Shown piece by piece: positions 12,347 to 22,774 of a stretch of DNA of 64,000 nt. Both the position numbers and the translations under genes were made by a program. Under the pieces are notes generated by a model. The model was given only the letters and a program-made list of their open reading frames with translations, ran no database searches and was not told the origin of the DNA. How positions within the stretch are numbered: position 1 is the stretch's first letter; each line of letters begins with the position of its first letter. This stretch comes from Candidatus Marinacidobacterales bacterium (GTDB taxonomy: Bacteria > Acidobacteriota > Vicinamibacteria > Marinacidobacterales > SMYC01): contig OZ250169.1 in NCBI GenBank assembly GCA_965237955.1, positions 8,070,598 to 8,134,597 of the forward strand, in the 5' to 3' direction.

Positions 12347-12460
12347 CGTCCTGTGCCAAAACTCGGCCCTCTTGAAATAGACCACAAATCAGCAGCTTAG
12401 ACGCCCTTGGAATCCGCGCAGAATCGAGGGTATTTCGCGCCGCAGGGCTGGCTTCCGACC
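12347..12460 (-). repeat. rve-element terminus type A (variant)
   Basis: Near-identical to 24201-24314. Confidence 0.85.
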
Positions 12461-12610
12461 CCAGAGCTGCGGGTGGCGAGCGACAGGCCCACCGGGGGTG
12501 CGCACGGCTGGCTCAAATCGGCTGCGGGGCGAGCTACGGGCAGTGAACTTCGAACCCGGAAGTCCCTCATTAGACTGGACTTTATCGAGCACAAGAGCGA
12601 ACGTTCGGTG

Positions 12611-13042
12611 ATGCCGCAGGATACAGGGGTTGGCCGGAACGTCGTTTTGGACGGTTTGGACTTCGCCAGCTTACGGCGGGTCTGGGAGCAGACCTTTGGG
12701 GCTGCTCCTCCAAGCTCGCTCTCGCGTGTTTTCCTGCGCCGCGTTCTCTTGCACGAACGCCAGTGCCGGACCCATGGCGGGCTTTCGGCCGCAACCCGGC
12801 GCGCTCTGGCTGCCATGGCGAACGAGACACCAAGCCCCGGCGCTCCCGCAGGGTCCGTTTCTGCCGGCACCCATCTCGTCCGCGAGTGGAATGGCCGGAC
12901 CTACCAGGTCGAGGTACTCGACAACGGCTATCGGTTCGATGGCAAAACCTATCCGTCCCTCACTACCATCGCAAAGCGAATCACCGGCACCCACTGGTCT
13001 GGACCACGCTTTTTCGGTCTCACGCCCAAGCGCAAGGCCTAA
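12611..13042 (+). CDS. DUF2924-family protein
   Basis: GTHLVREWNG...YPSLTTIAKRITGTHWSGPRFFGL; directly upstream of a recombinase. Confidence 0.85.
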   Translation: MPQDTGVGRNVVLDGLDFASLRRVWEQTFGAAPPSSLSRVFLRRVLLHERQCRTHGGLSAATRRALAAMANETPSPGAPAGSVSAGTHLVREWNGRTYQVEVLDNGYRFDGKTYPSLTTIAKRITGTHWSGPRFFGLTPKRKA

Positions 13043-13043
13043 C

Positions 13044-14705
13044 ATGAAGAAGATCCGCTGTGCCATCTATACGCGAAAGAGTGCGGAAGAGGGTCTCGAA
13101 CAGGAGTTCAACTCCCTCGATGCGCAGCGAGAAGCCTGCGCCGCGTATGTCGCGAGCCAGAAAGCGGAGGGCTGGGTGCTGCTGCCAACTGTCTACGAGG
13201 ACGCGGGGCTCTCGGGAGGAACCCTGGAGCGCCCGGGCCTACAGCGCTTGCTCGCCGACATCGATGCCGGTCTCGTCGAGCAGATCGTGGTCTACAAGGT
13301 CGACCGGCTGACCCGTTCCCTCTCCGACTTTGCAAAGCTCGTCGAGCGGCTCGAGGCAGCCGGCGCGGTTTTCGTCTCGGTAACTCAGTCCTTCAACACC
13401 GCGACCAGCATGGGACGACTGACGCTGCATATGCTGCTGTCCTTCGCACAATTCGAACGCGAGGTCACGGCCGAGCGGATCCGCGATAAGGTCGCTGCCT
13501 CCAAGCGCAAGGGACTATGGATGGGCGGCCGCGTACCGCTAGGCTATGAGAAGGACGGGCGCACGCTGCGCATCAACGAGGCTGAGGCCGAAACGGTCCG
13601 GACGCTCTATGCGCTGTACCGGAAGCACGAAACGCTCCGGCAGGTGAAGGCCGAGGCGGACCGTCTGAGACTGCGTACCAAGCAACGCTTCACCGCGGAT
13701 GGAACCCGAACGGGCGGGCTGCCGTTCCGTCGCGGACACCTCCACTGCCTGCTGACCAATCCTCTCTACGCCGGCCGCATCCGGCACCAGAGGTGTGTCT
13801 ACGAGGGCCAGCATCCATCGATCATTGCTCCGGAGCTCTGGGACGCGGTCCAAACGCAGCTGCAGGCAGGGGCTGCCAAACCAAGGAGACGCACGACGAA
13901 GGGCCGTGCAGCCCCCTCCCCACTGGCAGGCAAGCTCTTCGACGAGACCGGGGACCGGCTGACGCCGAGCCACACCAAAAAGAAAAACGGGCAACGGCTC
14001 CGCTACTACGTCTCCCGGCGCCTCATCCAGCACAGTGGCCAAAAGGACCTCTCCGGCTGGCGACTGCCCGCCCCGATGCTGGAACAGACCGTCTTGCATC
14101 TCATCCGACAGCATGTGGATGCCACGACCTTCTCGGCCTCGTTGATCCACACTCCGACGATGCAAGAGCTCGCCTCGGTGCGTCGCTTTTTAGACGGGCT
14201 GTGTTCCGATACTAATGATGATAGTGCCTCGGCAGCCCCCCTGCTCCGTCTTATCCGGCAGGTCGATATCAGCCCCGGCTCTGTGTCCATCCTGCTCGAC
14301 CGCAATGCGTTCGCTGATTGCCTGTCTATGGGACCTGACCGCATTCGCGAGGATGCACTCCGCATCCTCGCACCGTTCCGCTTGCGCCGACGCGGCGTCG
14401 AGACCAAGCTCGTTCTGGGCAACCCCACGAAATCCGTCGACCGCACACTCCTGCGCAATATCAGAAACGCCCTCTCCTGGCTCGACCGAATCAAAGCAGG
14501 CAAAACCTATGAGGAGATTGCCACCGAAAACGCCATCCCAACGGACCGCGTGCGCAAGGCAATCCGTTATGCCTTCCTGGCTCCCGACATCGTCCGCGCC
14601 ATTGTCGAAGGCCGCCAGCCCGTTGGGCTGACCTCGAGCTACCTCTTGCATCATCCGCTTCCCGACGATTGGGAGAAACAGCGAGTGCTCGTCAAAACGC
14701 TGTGA
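13044..14705 (+). CDS. large serine recombinase (resolvase + recombinase domain)
   Basis: CAIYTRKS, NSLDAQRE, VYKVDRLTRS, SFAQFEREVTAERIRDK, GGRVPLGY, LTNPLYAG. Confidence 0.93.
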   Translation: MKKIRCAIYTRKSAEEGLEQEFNSLDAQREACAAYVASQKAEGWVLLPTVYEDAGLSGGTLERPGLQRLLADIDAGLVEQIVVYKVDRLTRSLSDFAKLVERLEAAGAVFVSVTQSFNTATSMGRLTLHMLLSFAQFEREVTAERIRDKVAASKRKGLWMGGRVPLGYEKDGRTLRINEAEAETVRTLYALYRKHETLRQVKAEADRLRLRTKQRFTADGTRTGGLPFRRGHLHCLLTNPLYAGRIRHQRCVYEGQHPSIIAPELWDAVQTQLQAGAAKPRRRTTKGRAAPSPLAGKLFDETGDRLTPSHTKKKNGQRLRYYVSRRLIQHSGQKDLSGWRLPAPMLEQTVLHLIRQHVDATTFSASLIHTPTMQELASVRRFLDGLCSDTNDDSASAAPLLRLIRQVDISPGSVSILLDRNAFADCLSMGPDRIREDALRILAPFRLRRRGVETKLVLGNPTKSVDRTLLRNIRNALSWLDRIKAGKTYEEIATENAIPTDRVRKAIRYAFLAPDIVRAIVEGRQPVGLTSSYLLHHPLPDDWEKQRVLVKTL

Positions 14706-15031
14706 GCCTGCCAGCGCCCACTTCGTGAATGGGCTCGGTTAGCAGCAAGCTGCTCTCCGACACTGGCCTCCACCAATCAGACTCAAACTGGCCCAAATTC
14801 CCCGTCCTGTGCCAAAACTCGGCCCTTTTGAAATAGGCCATAAATCAGCACTTTAGTGTCTGTGTTTGCGACCGGGCCAAGGGCCGTGGGCTTTACAATC
14901 GTCTTGGGCGGGCGGGTCGTCACCATGCAGATGACCACCTAGTCGAGAGCGAATATCGAAGCATGTTCCTGAAGCTGTTTCCACGCTACGCCGGTCGAGC
15001 CCGCCGAGGGGCTACCGTCGCCGGCGACCAT

Positions 15032-15882
15032 CTACGCGGCACGGCAGTAGTAGTTGAGAATGCCCCCAAGTCGCTCTCGCGACACGATGGGGCCAGCGTC
15101 CTTCACGCTTGCAGGCAGAGGTGTGATGAGCTCGTTGCCGATGCCTTGGTGGTTCCGTTCGGTGTGATAGTGCACGACATATTCGGTTACCGCTGTCCGC
15201 AGGTGTCCCTCACTGAGAGGTACGAAACGGTTGAGACACTCTCGACGTATGGAGAGAATGAATCTTTCCGCGTATGCGTTCAGATTCGGACTATTGGCGG
15301 GAAGGCGCAGGGGCTTCACGCCTGAATCTCTCAAGAGCCCACGTACCGCCTCGGTGAATAGTGGGTCCCGGTCGTGGATGAGGTATCGCTTGCCAAGGAG
15401 GAAACCATCCCACATGTCAGTGAGGTTTCTTGCCACCTGCTTCATCCACTCCCCGTTGGGGTCCGACGTTATCCCACCGATGCACACGCAGCGAGTGGCG
15501 ATATCGATGACAAACAGGACATGGTAGCGGACGAGCCCGAACGGGTTCACAACCTCGACGGTGAACAGGTCTGTCGCAGCGATGGCGCCCCAATGAGCCT
15601 TGATGAAGGTGCTCCACGACATGCTCCTGCCCCGCTCCGGCGCAGGAGCGATACCGTGCTCGGCGAGGATCCTCTTGATAGTGTTGCGTCCGAGTTCATG
15701 TCCTAGGTTCTTGAGTGCGCCTCGCAGGCGCGTATATCCCCACGTCGGGTTCTCCCGCGCCACGCGCACAATGAGCTCACGGATGTCCTTCGCCGTCGGA
15801 GGTCGGCCTGGGCTCCGGTTCTTGCTGCCATCGTACTTGGCTGCGATGAGGCAGCGGTACCAACGCAGAAGCGTAGCGGGTG
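15032..15882 (-). pseudogene. rve/integrase-core transposase, 3' part
   Basis: [52 protein letters not shown]. Confidence 0.88.
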
Positions 15883-15939
15883 GGAGGTGCCCCCACCATA
15901 GTTGAAGGTTCGAGGTGGTGGCGGCTCCTGACACATGGT

Positions 15940-16597
15940 TTACCCGACTTTGGCGTGCTTGTCGAGCGCTTGATTCTCAGTGACCTCCGCTAACTTCGCT
16001 TCGAGGATCGGTAGCGATTGGTATCCAATGATACGACGGAAATTTTTCTCCGTGGCGAGCAGAGCCGAAGCGGCCCATCTCAGAACCATCTTGCCATTGC
16101 GCCAGCGGGTGACGCGACGGGTACGACCTCGCGCACCGCTGAAGCACGACTCGATGATGTTCGTCGATCCAAGGCAGCGTTTCAGAGATGCGGGGAGGTC
16201 GAGCTCGTTGATGGTGAACATCTCGTCGAGCCCCTCCCGGATGCTCTCCGCCGCCGAGGGGTAGTCGTCCTCGAGCCACTTCGCCTGTTGCTCCAACCGC
16301 GCTTTGCCCTTCTTTGCTGGGAGCTGCCAGGCCGAACGCAGGCTCGCTTGCACTTGCGGCTTCAGCTCCTGCGGCAGATAACCGAGCACATTGCGCTCCT
16401 TGTGCTTCCTGCAACGCTGGACCTTGTTGTGGGTACCGAACACAGCGTCGACGGCGACCCGTAGCGCCTTGGAGCCATCGATCACGAACAGCCGACACCG
16501 CTCTGGGCTCAGGCCTCGTTCGACCAGGTCCTCCAGCAGCGCCTTGCACACTATCTGGTTCTCCGATGCTCCATCCCGAAGCCCCAGAACATGCTTG
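15940..16597 (-). pseudogene. IS256 transposase, 3' part
   Basis: VIDGSKAL, VQRCRKHKERNV, STNIIES; joins in frame to 18162-18797 (EGYK|HVLGLRDG) when the IS3 is removed. Confidence 0.9.
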
Positions 16598-16645
16598 TGT
16601 TTCGGTTCAGCTGGAACATGACAGTCCTGAAGTTAAAATACGCAC

Positions 16646-16996
16646 ATGGAAAAAGGAGCTGTCATGAGCAAAGGTCGTCGTCGTCACACTGCGGAGCAAA
16701 AGGCAGAGCTGTTGCGCCAGCACGTTGCCGAGAAAAAGCCGGTCTCGGAGGTATGCAACGAGGCAGAAATCCAGCCGAGCCTGTTCTACACATGGCAAAG
16801 GGAGCTATTGGCTGGAGCCCATACGGTGTTTTCGTTCCGTCGTGCGCCGAGCCGTGAGAAGGAGCTAGAGGAGAAGCTCTCCCGTCTCGAGGCGAAGGTG
16901 GCCCGTAAGGATCAGATCATCGCTGAGGTGACCGAAGAGTACGTGACACTCAAAAAAAACTTGGGGAAGCCTGAGTGGTGCCTGGATTCCCCATGA
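16646..16996 (+). CDS. IS3 transposase OrfA
   Basis: RRHTAEQKAELL HTH, LKKNLG slippery site. Confidence 0.85.
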   Translation: MEKGAVMSKGRRRHTAEQKAELLRQHVAEKKPVSEVCNEAEIQPSLFYTWQRELLAGAHTVFSFRRAPSREKELEEKLSRLEAKVARKDQIIAEVTEEYVTLKKNLGKPEWCLDSP

Positions 16997-17021
16997 CCGT
17001 CGTGACGAGGTTGTCGACTTC

Positions 17022-17936
17022 GTGAACACAATCGCCACCAAGACCCAGCTTCCGGTCCAGCAGATCGTTCAGTGGTGCGGGATCGCTCGGGGCAAGTTCT
17101 ACGACTGGCGCAAGCGGTACGGGAAGGTGAATGAGCACAACGGCCTGGTGCCGCGGGATCACTGGATCGAAGAATGGGAGCGCCAGTCCGTGATCGACTA
17201 CTTCGACTGCCACCCACTGGACGGGTATCGCCGACTCACGTTCATGATGCTGGACGAAGACGTGGTGGCAGTTAGCCCCTCGACGACGTACCGGGTGTTG
17301 TCGAAGGCGGGTCGTCTGGACCGTTGGAACCCGAAGCCGTCGAAGAAGGGAACGGGCTTCGTTCAGCCGCTGCGAGCGCACCAGCACTGGCACACGGATA
17401 TCTCGTACTTGAACCTGGGTGGGACGTTCTACTACCTCTGCTCGTTTCTGGATGGTGCGAGCCGCGCGGTGGTTCACTGGGAGATTCGTGAGTCGATGAC
17501 GGAAGCGGATGTGGAGTGCATCTTGGAGCGAGCAAAGGAGCGGTACCCCGATGCGCGGCCTCGAATCATCTCGGACAACGGTCCGCAGTACATCGCGAAG
17601 GACTTCAAGGCATTCATCCGCATCTCAGGGATGACGCACGTGAGGACCGCGCCGTACTACCCGCAATCGAACGGGAAGATCGAGCGTTGGCACAAGACGA
17701 TAAAATCGGACGCCCTGCGTCCTGCCAGCCCCACGAGCCTCGAAGAGGCTCGCCGCTTGATGGAACGATTCGTCGAATATTACAACGGGGTTCGCCTGCA
17801 CAGCGCGATCGGCTACATTGCGCCGCTGGACTTCATGGATGGCAAGGCCACCCAGATCTGGTCGGAGCGAGACCGCAAACTCGAGCAGGCTCGGAAGCTG
17901 CGGCGTGAGCGCCGTGCGAACAAGGTGCCCGCATGA
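17022..17936 (+). CDS. IS3 transposase OrfB (probably via -1 frameshift)
   Basis: WHTDISY, ISDNGPQY, PQSNGKIERW, RLHSAIGY. Confidence 0.92.
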   Translation: MNTIATKTQLPVQQIVQWCGIARGKFYDWRKRYGKVNEHNGLVPRDHWIEEWERQSVIDYFDCHPLDGYRRLTFMMLDEDVVAVSPSTTYRVLSKAGRLDRWNPKPSKKGTGFVQPLRAHQHWHTDISYLNLGGTFYYLCSFLDGASRAVVHWEIRESMTEADVECILERAKERYPDARPRIISDNGPQYIAKDFKAFIRISGMTHVRTAPYYPQSNGKIERWHKTIKSDALRPASPTSLEEARRLMERFVEYYNGVRLHSAIGYIAPLDFMDGKATQIWSERDRKLEQARKLRRERRANKVPA

Positions 17937-18161
17937 ACACTCTGATCCCAGGAGCCCCACTCCGTTCCCTCTCGCCCACAAGCATTGAGTACCAGAGAGC
18001 GCAGGGGGCGTCAAGGGCGGCGAAGCCGGCGCGCGCAGCGCGCTTTACCCTTGACGCCCCCGAGCACTCTGGTACGATCCCTGGGGCGATAGGGGACATC
18101 CTGCCGCCGGGCGTTGCGTTAACGTCCAACCTCGCTGTCATCTTCACGCTGAACCAATACA

Positions 18162-18797
18162 CTTGTATCCCTCTGTATCTACGCCGATTGCCGCCAGCGC
18201 GTGGTGCTCGCCGAAGCGAATCCCGTCCAGGTACACGACCGCGATCTCCAGCTCGTCCAGCGGACGCTCCATCAGCCCCTGCAACTGCTCCGCGCTTGCT
18301 TCCACGAACTCACGGCTCACCTCGCTCTTGCTAACCCCTACCGTCTCCGCCATCTCGGGAAGAACCGACGCGTACTTGCGCGTCGACACACCCAGCATCA
18401 GGATTTCCCAGATGCGTTGGCTCAGCCGAGACGAGTTGTTCACCGCTTCGTAGGCAGGAATCGCAACCTCCCCTCCCTCTGCCTTTCCCTTACGCCGCAG
18501 ACGTGGCCGGCTCACTCTCAACTTCCGCTCCGCAAGGCTTACTACGCCACCCTGCCGGCCGTGCCAGCGAACATCGCTACCCTTCTTCCCCGGGTGTTTC
18601 TCCCCAGCCACACTTTGGGCTGACAGATCCAAGACCGCTTCGATCGTCGCTCGGCCAGCAACGTCGATCACTTCGTCGATCGCTATCTCGGTTCGCTCAA
18701 TCGCATCCAAGAACGGCAACAGAGCTTGCCCCTTCGAGCTCAGTATCTCTCGAAGCTTCTTCCTGTTCTTCGCATCGATGATTTGGTAATTTGACAT
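18162..18797 (-). pseudogene. IS256 transposase, 5' part
   Basis: VSRPRLR, GVSTRKY, GVSKSEVSR, VYLDG. Confidence 0.9.
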
Positions 18798-18895
18798 CGT
18801 GGTGGCTCCTTTCTTTTTCCTTCACAGCCGGATTCTATCGAACCCGGCCTTAGGAGCCGCCACTCCTAACCTTCAACTATCTCAGGGGCATCTCC

Positions 18896-19122
18896 AGCGG
18901 GTGTGGCAACGGACGCAATCTGGCCAGCGCCTCGCGGCCCAAAGCCTGGGCCTTGACGGCGAGCCTGCGCCGCTCGTCGTCCGAGAGCCTGAGACGCTTG
19001 CCCCGAAGCCCGGCTCGGAGCACACGGTTCTCCTCTTGCAGGTAGTCGATCACATCCTGCTGCTGGCGGTTGACCCAGCCAGCTAGAACGAGCAGTAGGA
19101 ATTGCACGTGGTACGTCATCAT
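18896..19122 (-). pseudogene. rve/integrase-core transposase, 5' part
   Basis: LAGWVNRQQQDVIDYLQEENRVLR...LRLSDDERRRLA; one frameshift near 18920. Confidence 0.85.
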
Positions 19123-19250
19123 GGATCTGAAGATAACACCCTCGGGCCAGACGATTGTAAAGCCTACGGCCCTTGGCCCCGGCGCAAACACAGACACTAA
19201 GCTGCTGATTTATGGCCTATTTCAAAAGGGCCGAGTTTTGGCACAGGACG

Positions 19251-19308
19251 CGATCGAAACGGCCCCGGCGCGCCGATCTTGAGTTCGTTTGTGTTTTTGG
19301 ACACAACG
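19251..19308 (+). repeat. rve-element terminus type B
   Basis: CTTGAGTTCGTTTGTGTTTTTGGACACAACG; matches about 8131-8188. Confidence 0.75.
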
Positions 19309-19375
19309 AGATAGGCCGCGCCTACAGAGCACCGCGCCAGCTCTCGACTCTACCGCGCTTCTCCGTACTGCCTTC

Positions 19376-20161
19376 CTAGAGGTCGATGTCGACACCTACC
19401 GGGCAGTGGTCGGAGCCCCGCTCGTTGGGCCAGATGAAGGCGTCCTTCAATCGTTCCATCGCGCTCGGCGACGCGAGGACGTAGTCGATGCGCCACCCGA
19501 CGTTCCGCTCGCGCGCGCCGCCCCACTGCCGCCACCAAGTGTAATGGTCCGGCTGGTCGGGATGCAGGGCGCGAAAGGTGTCCACCCAGCCCGCTTCGAG
19601 CCAGCGGTCGAGCTCGACCCGCTCCTCGGGGAGGAACCCGCTGTTCTTGACATTGGATTTCGGGCGAGCGAGGTCGATCTCGCGGTGCGCGGTATTGAAA
19701 TCCCCGATCACGAGCACTGGACATCGGCGCCGCAGTTGCTGCGCCCGGTCGAACACAGCCCGATAGAAGTCGAGTTTGTAGCCGACCCGGCTGTTGTCCC
19801 GGTCCTTCCCGCTTCCCTTGGGAAAATAGCCGTTTACAACCGCGAACCGCCCGCGATCGGTCCGGAAGTGAGCAGCGATGAACCGGCCCTCAATATCGAA
19901 CCGAGGCTCTCCGAGGGAGGTCTCCACTAGAACGGGCTGGAACTTCGAGTAGATTCCGACACCACTGTATCCCCGGCGCTCGGCTACCGCGAACACGGCG
20001 TGCCAGTCGGTCGGCCTCCGTGCGGCGAGAGGGATCTCCTCGGGCAGCGCGCGGACCTCTTGGACGCCGAGGATGTCGGCTCCAGACCGGTCCAAAAAGT
20101 CCACGAACCCGCGCCGCACGCAAGCGCGAATCCCATTTACGTTCCAGCTCACGACCCGCAT
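19376..20161 (-). CDS. xth: exodeoxyribonuclease III / AP endonuclease
   Basis: SWNVNGIRA, QE, GYSGV, EGR, GDFNTAH, YTWW, GWRIDY, SDHCP. Confidence 0.93.
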   Translation of the reverse strand: MRVVSWNVNGIRACVRRGFVDFLDRSGADILGVQEVRALPEEIPLAARRPTDWHAVFAVAERRGYSGVGIYSKFQPVLVETSLGEPRFDIEGRFIAAHFRTDRGRFAVVNGYFPKGSGKDRDNSRVGYKLDFYRAVFDRAQQLRRRCPVLVIGDFNTAHREIDLARPKSNVKNSGFLPEERVELDRWLEAGWVDTFRALHPDQPDHYTWWRQWGGARERNVGWRIDYVLASPSAMERLKDAFIWPNERGSDHCPVGVDIDL

Positions 20162-20446
20162 CGGTTCTTTCTCCGCCACACCAGCCACTAGACGTTCGTC
20201 AGGCCGCTCTTAGTAGATGGTCTCGTTGGTGGGGGCAGATCAATTGAGGTTGCCGTCTGGGGAGCAGATTGAAACTCAAGCGCGCGCAAAACAGCGTCCC
20301 GCTGCGTCGTGCTCCGCCTGCGAAGCGGCTTCAACACGGTCGACTATGTTGAAACGGTCAGAAGTGACGCCCATCTCGCAAACCCGGTACGGTTCACAAT
20401 TCAGGCCGCCGCGTAATCTGTCCACAGAACACGCCGAACGAGATGT

Positions 20447-21682
20447 TTAGTCCTCGTCGAGCCGATTGAAGGCTATTACCGCCTGGCCTATCGCGGTCAG
20501 CCATTCATTGGAGTGTTCGAGTAGATCGCCGACCTTCGGCTTTCTCCCGTCGACGACTACGCGCCATGACCAATAGTTGCCGTCCTTTTTCACGGTTGCT
20601 CCGGGAAGGAGCCGGGCCACGGCCTCAAGGTAATCCACCCCTACTTGCGGATCGCCGCATTGCTCCGCGTAATAGACCACGTAGTTCGTGTCGAGATCTC
20701 CATTCGGAAACAACGTGCCGAAGTTAACCTTGCTTCCATCGCTCCGATGCCAGTTCAAGATGTACGAGGCGCGTGACAAGGTGACTTCGAAATCGTCGCC
20801 CTGGGCCTCGTAGCTCTGGAAGAATGCCCGCACGCGCAACGGTAGTGCCGGATCGACCTGTTCGATCTGTTCGTAGAACTCCTTCTCCGTGATCTGCGTC
20901 CTGACTCTTACACCACCTGACGCTGGTGGCGGGTCTTCCACCACGACCTCCGCGTCGGCCCGTCGCACGACAGCACGTTCGATTTCGATCGTCTTGGCGA
21001 GTACCCTCGGCTCTACGATAACCCCGCCCGCCGAGCCCTCCGGCATGTCGAAGATGGCCAACTCCACGAGCCCGAACGTGATTCGAATGCCGGCGGACTG
21101 GTTGAGATAATCCGCGATGCGTTCAACCCCTTCGCGTATGCCGTCGCCCACCACGATCAGGAGAAAGCGGCCGCTGGTAAGGCTACGCGCGACGTCGTCC
21201 ACGAAGGTCGCTTCGTCAAGCGTATCGTGCTGCGCCCGCACGATATCGAACAACGCGTTGGTGTTTCCGGAACGTCTTGCAGCCCGGCAAACGGCATCGT
21301 TCAGCTCATCGTACGACCAGCGACTGATCTCCTTCGCGTAGTCGAGGATCTGGGAGACAGCACCGCGCCGTGCCTCGGGGTTACGCCACAGCTTGCACTC
21401 AACGATGGACAATCGACCCTCCTCGCTCATGTAGGCGAGGTCGATCGGCCCGGCCGCGGTTGGCAACTCGCGACAAAGCGGTGTGGCAGGAGCGAACGCA
21501 GGATCGATTTCTCCGATTGGGAGGATTTCAGGCGTCTCGAACAGAAGCCGTTGAAGCCAATCCTCGTCATACCCGTTACCGCCGGACCCGATCTCCAGTC
21601 GACGCCGGTGCAACGGAACCGCGCGGCTTCCCTTAAGTTTTGGAAGGTAGACTGTCTGACCGTATCTGGAGCGGTTAGACAT
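20447..21682 (-). CDS. PD-(D/E)xK nuclease-domain protein (NucS/DUF91-like N-terminus)
   Basis: EDWLQ...RE...GPIDL...IVECKLWRNPEARR..VSQILDYA. Confidence 0.7.
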   Translation of the reverse strand: MSNRSRYGQTVYLPKLKGSRAVPLHRRRLEIGSGGNGYDEDWLQRLLFETPEILPIGEIDPAFAPATPLCRELPTAAGPIDLAYMSEEGRLSIVECKLWRNPEARRGAVSQILDYAKEISRWSYDELNDAVCRAARRSGNTNALFDIVRAQHDTLDEATFVDDVARSLTSGRFLLIVVGDGIREGVERIADYLNQSAGIRITFGLVELAIFDMPEGSAGGVIVEPRVLAKTIEIERAVVRRADAEVVVEDPPPASGGVRVRTQITEKEFYEQIEQVDPALPLRVRAFFQSYEAQGDDFEVTLSRASYILNWHRSDGSKVNFGTLFPNGDLDTNYVVYYAEQCGDPQVGVDYLEAVARLLPGATVKKDGNYWSWRVVVDGRKPKVGDLLEHSNEWLTAIGQAVIAFNRLDED

Positions 21683-21800
21683 GCTCGATTCTCCTTTCTG
21701 TAGCGGCAGTCCCGGTTAGTCCGGCGCAGTCGAGACATTGTAGCCGCACTGCGAGGCACACGAACTAGACAACACGAGGTATTCTACGCCGCTGCGAACC

Positions 21801-21858
21801 CGTCCTGCGCCAAAACTCGGCCCTTTTGAAATAGACCATAAATCAGAAGCTTAGTGTC
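21801..21858 (-). repeat. rve-element terminus type A
   Basis: CGTCCTGCGCCAAAACTCGGCCCTTTTGAAATAG. Confidence 0.85.
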
Positions 21859-22047
21859 TATGGTGCGCTCCCGTGAACGGCTTGGCGGGTTGCTACGTTG
21901 CGTGCACGAACAGATTCATGCTCGGTAGCGAGTGCGGCGAGCGGGCGATGATTCACACGCGAGAGTACTGACGGGTCAGCGCCAGCAAGCTCTCGCGCGT
22001 GCGGTCGTGCGACAGTCGAATACGATCCCCGTGGCCGGCAAGCACCC

Positions 22048-22099
22048 CGTCCTGTGCCAAAACTCGGCCCTTTTGAAATAGACCATAAATTAGCAACTT
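22048..22099 (-). repeat. rve-element terminus type A
   Basis: CGTCCTGTGCCAAAACTCGGCCCTTTTGAAATAG. Confidence 0.85.
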
Positions 22100-22450
22100 C
22101 TGTGCCATCCCCGTCGGGTCGAATCGGCGCGAAGCAGCTGATCGTGGCAGGTCTAAACCGCGCAATCAACGCTGGCTCGACTTTTCGCGGAGCACAGCCC
22201 ATAGCTCCGGAACGTCGAGGTCACCTGCTGCACCAGGTTCTCGAAGATATGGTGACGCAGCTCGAAAATACCGGAGCGCCGGGGACCGGGCATGCTATGA
22301 GCCCTGTCTTCCCGATTCTTTTCTGGGATTTTCCATAACCGAACCTCCCAACTCCTAATCGGACCAATTTTGTATCGAGAACGTACTCTCCTCGGCACCC
22401 ACATCTAAGCCAAGAGAATTCCAGAAATCACGATAGAACAATCTTAAGGA

Positions 22451-22581
22451 TCCATCATCGGCCTCTACAAAACCGAGATGACCCATCGACGCGGGCCCTG
22501 GCGTGGTCTCGAGGACATCGAGTTCGCCACCCTCGAGTGGGTGCATTGGTACAACACGCAACGATTCCTGGAGCCGATCGT
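22451..22581 (+). pseudogene. IS3 orfB fragment
   Basis: IIGLYKTE...[17 protein letters not shown]; similar to about 9930-10060. Confidence 0.8.
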
Positions 22582-22595
22582 GTGAGATACGCTGT

Positions 22596-22772
22596 ACTTT
22601 ACGTGGTATTTGCATTCCCATCGCACATGCGACAGGCTTTTCCATTCGTGCATGCAGGTTCTCCTTTCGGAGGCCCCACAGGGTCTTCCCGGAGGGGGAA
22701 CCTAGTACACGTCGGATCGCTCGAAGCTCTTCGGGTCACGCCGCCAGAGGCGGCGGATTTAGTAGCGGATTA
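22596..22772 (-). pseudogene. IS200/IS605 TnpA 5' fragment with end hairpin
   Basis: MHEWKSLSHVRWECKYHV; upstream hairpin CGCCGCCAGAGGCGGCG. Confidence 0.7.
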
Positions 22773-22774
22773 AG

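Larger units (their letters stand above)
16598..18161 (+). mobile_element. IS3-family element, complete
   Basis: Ends TGTTTCGGTTCAGC / GCTGAACCAATACA; 4-bp duplication CTTG; slippery A8C at about 16952. Confidence 0.93.
15883..18895 (-). mobile_element. IS256-family element interrupted by IS3
   Basis: Imperfect IRs GGAGGTGCCCC... / ...GGGGCATCTCC; 8-bp target duplication AGCGGGTG (15875-15882, 18896-18903). Confidence 0.93.
14803..19250 (-). mobile_element. rve/integrase-core element with ~100-bp terminal inverted repeats, interrupted by IS256
   Basis: 14803-14904 is inverted relative to about 19149-19250; encloses the split transposase gene; no target duplication. Confidence 0.8.
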
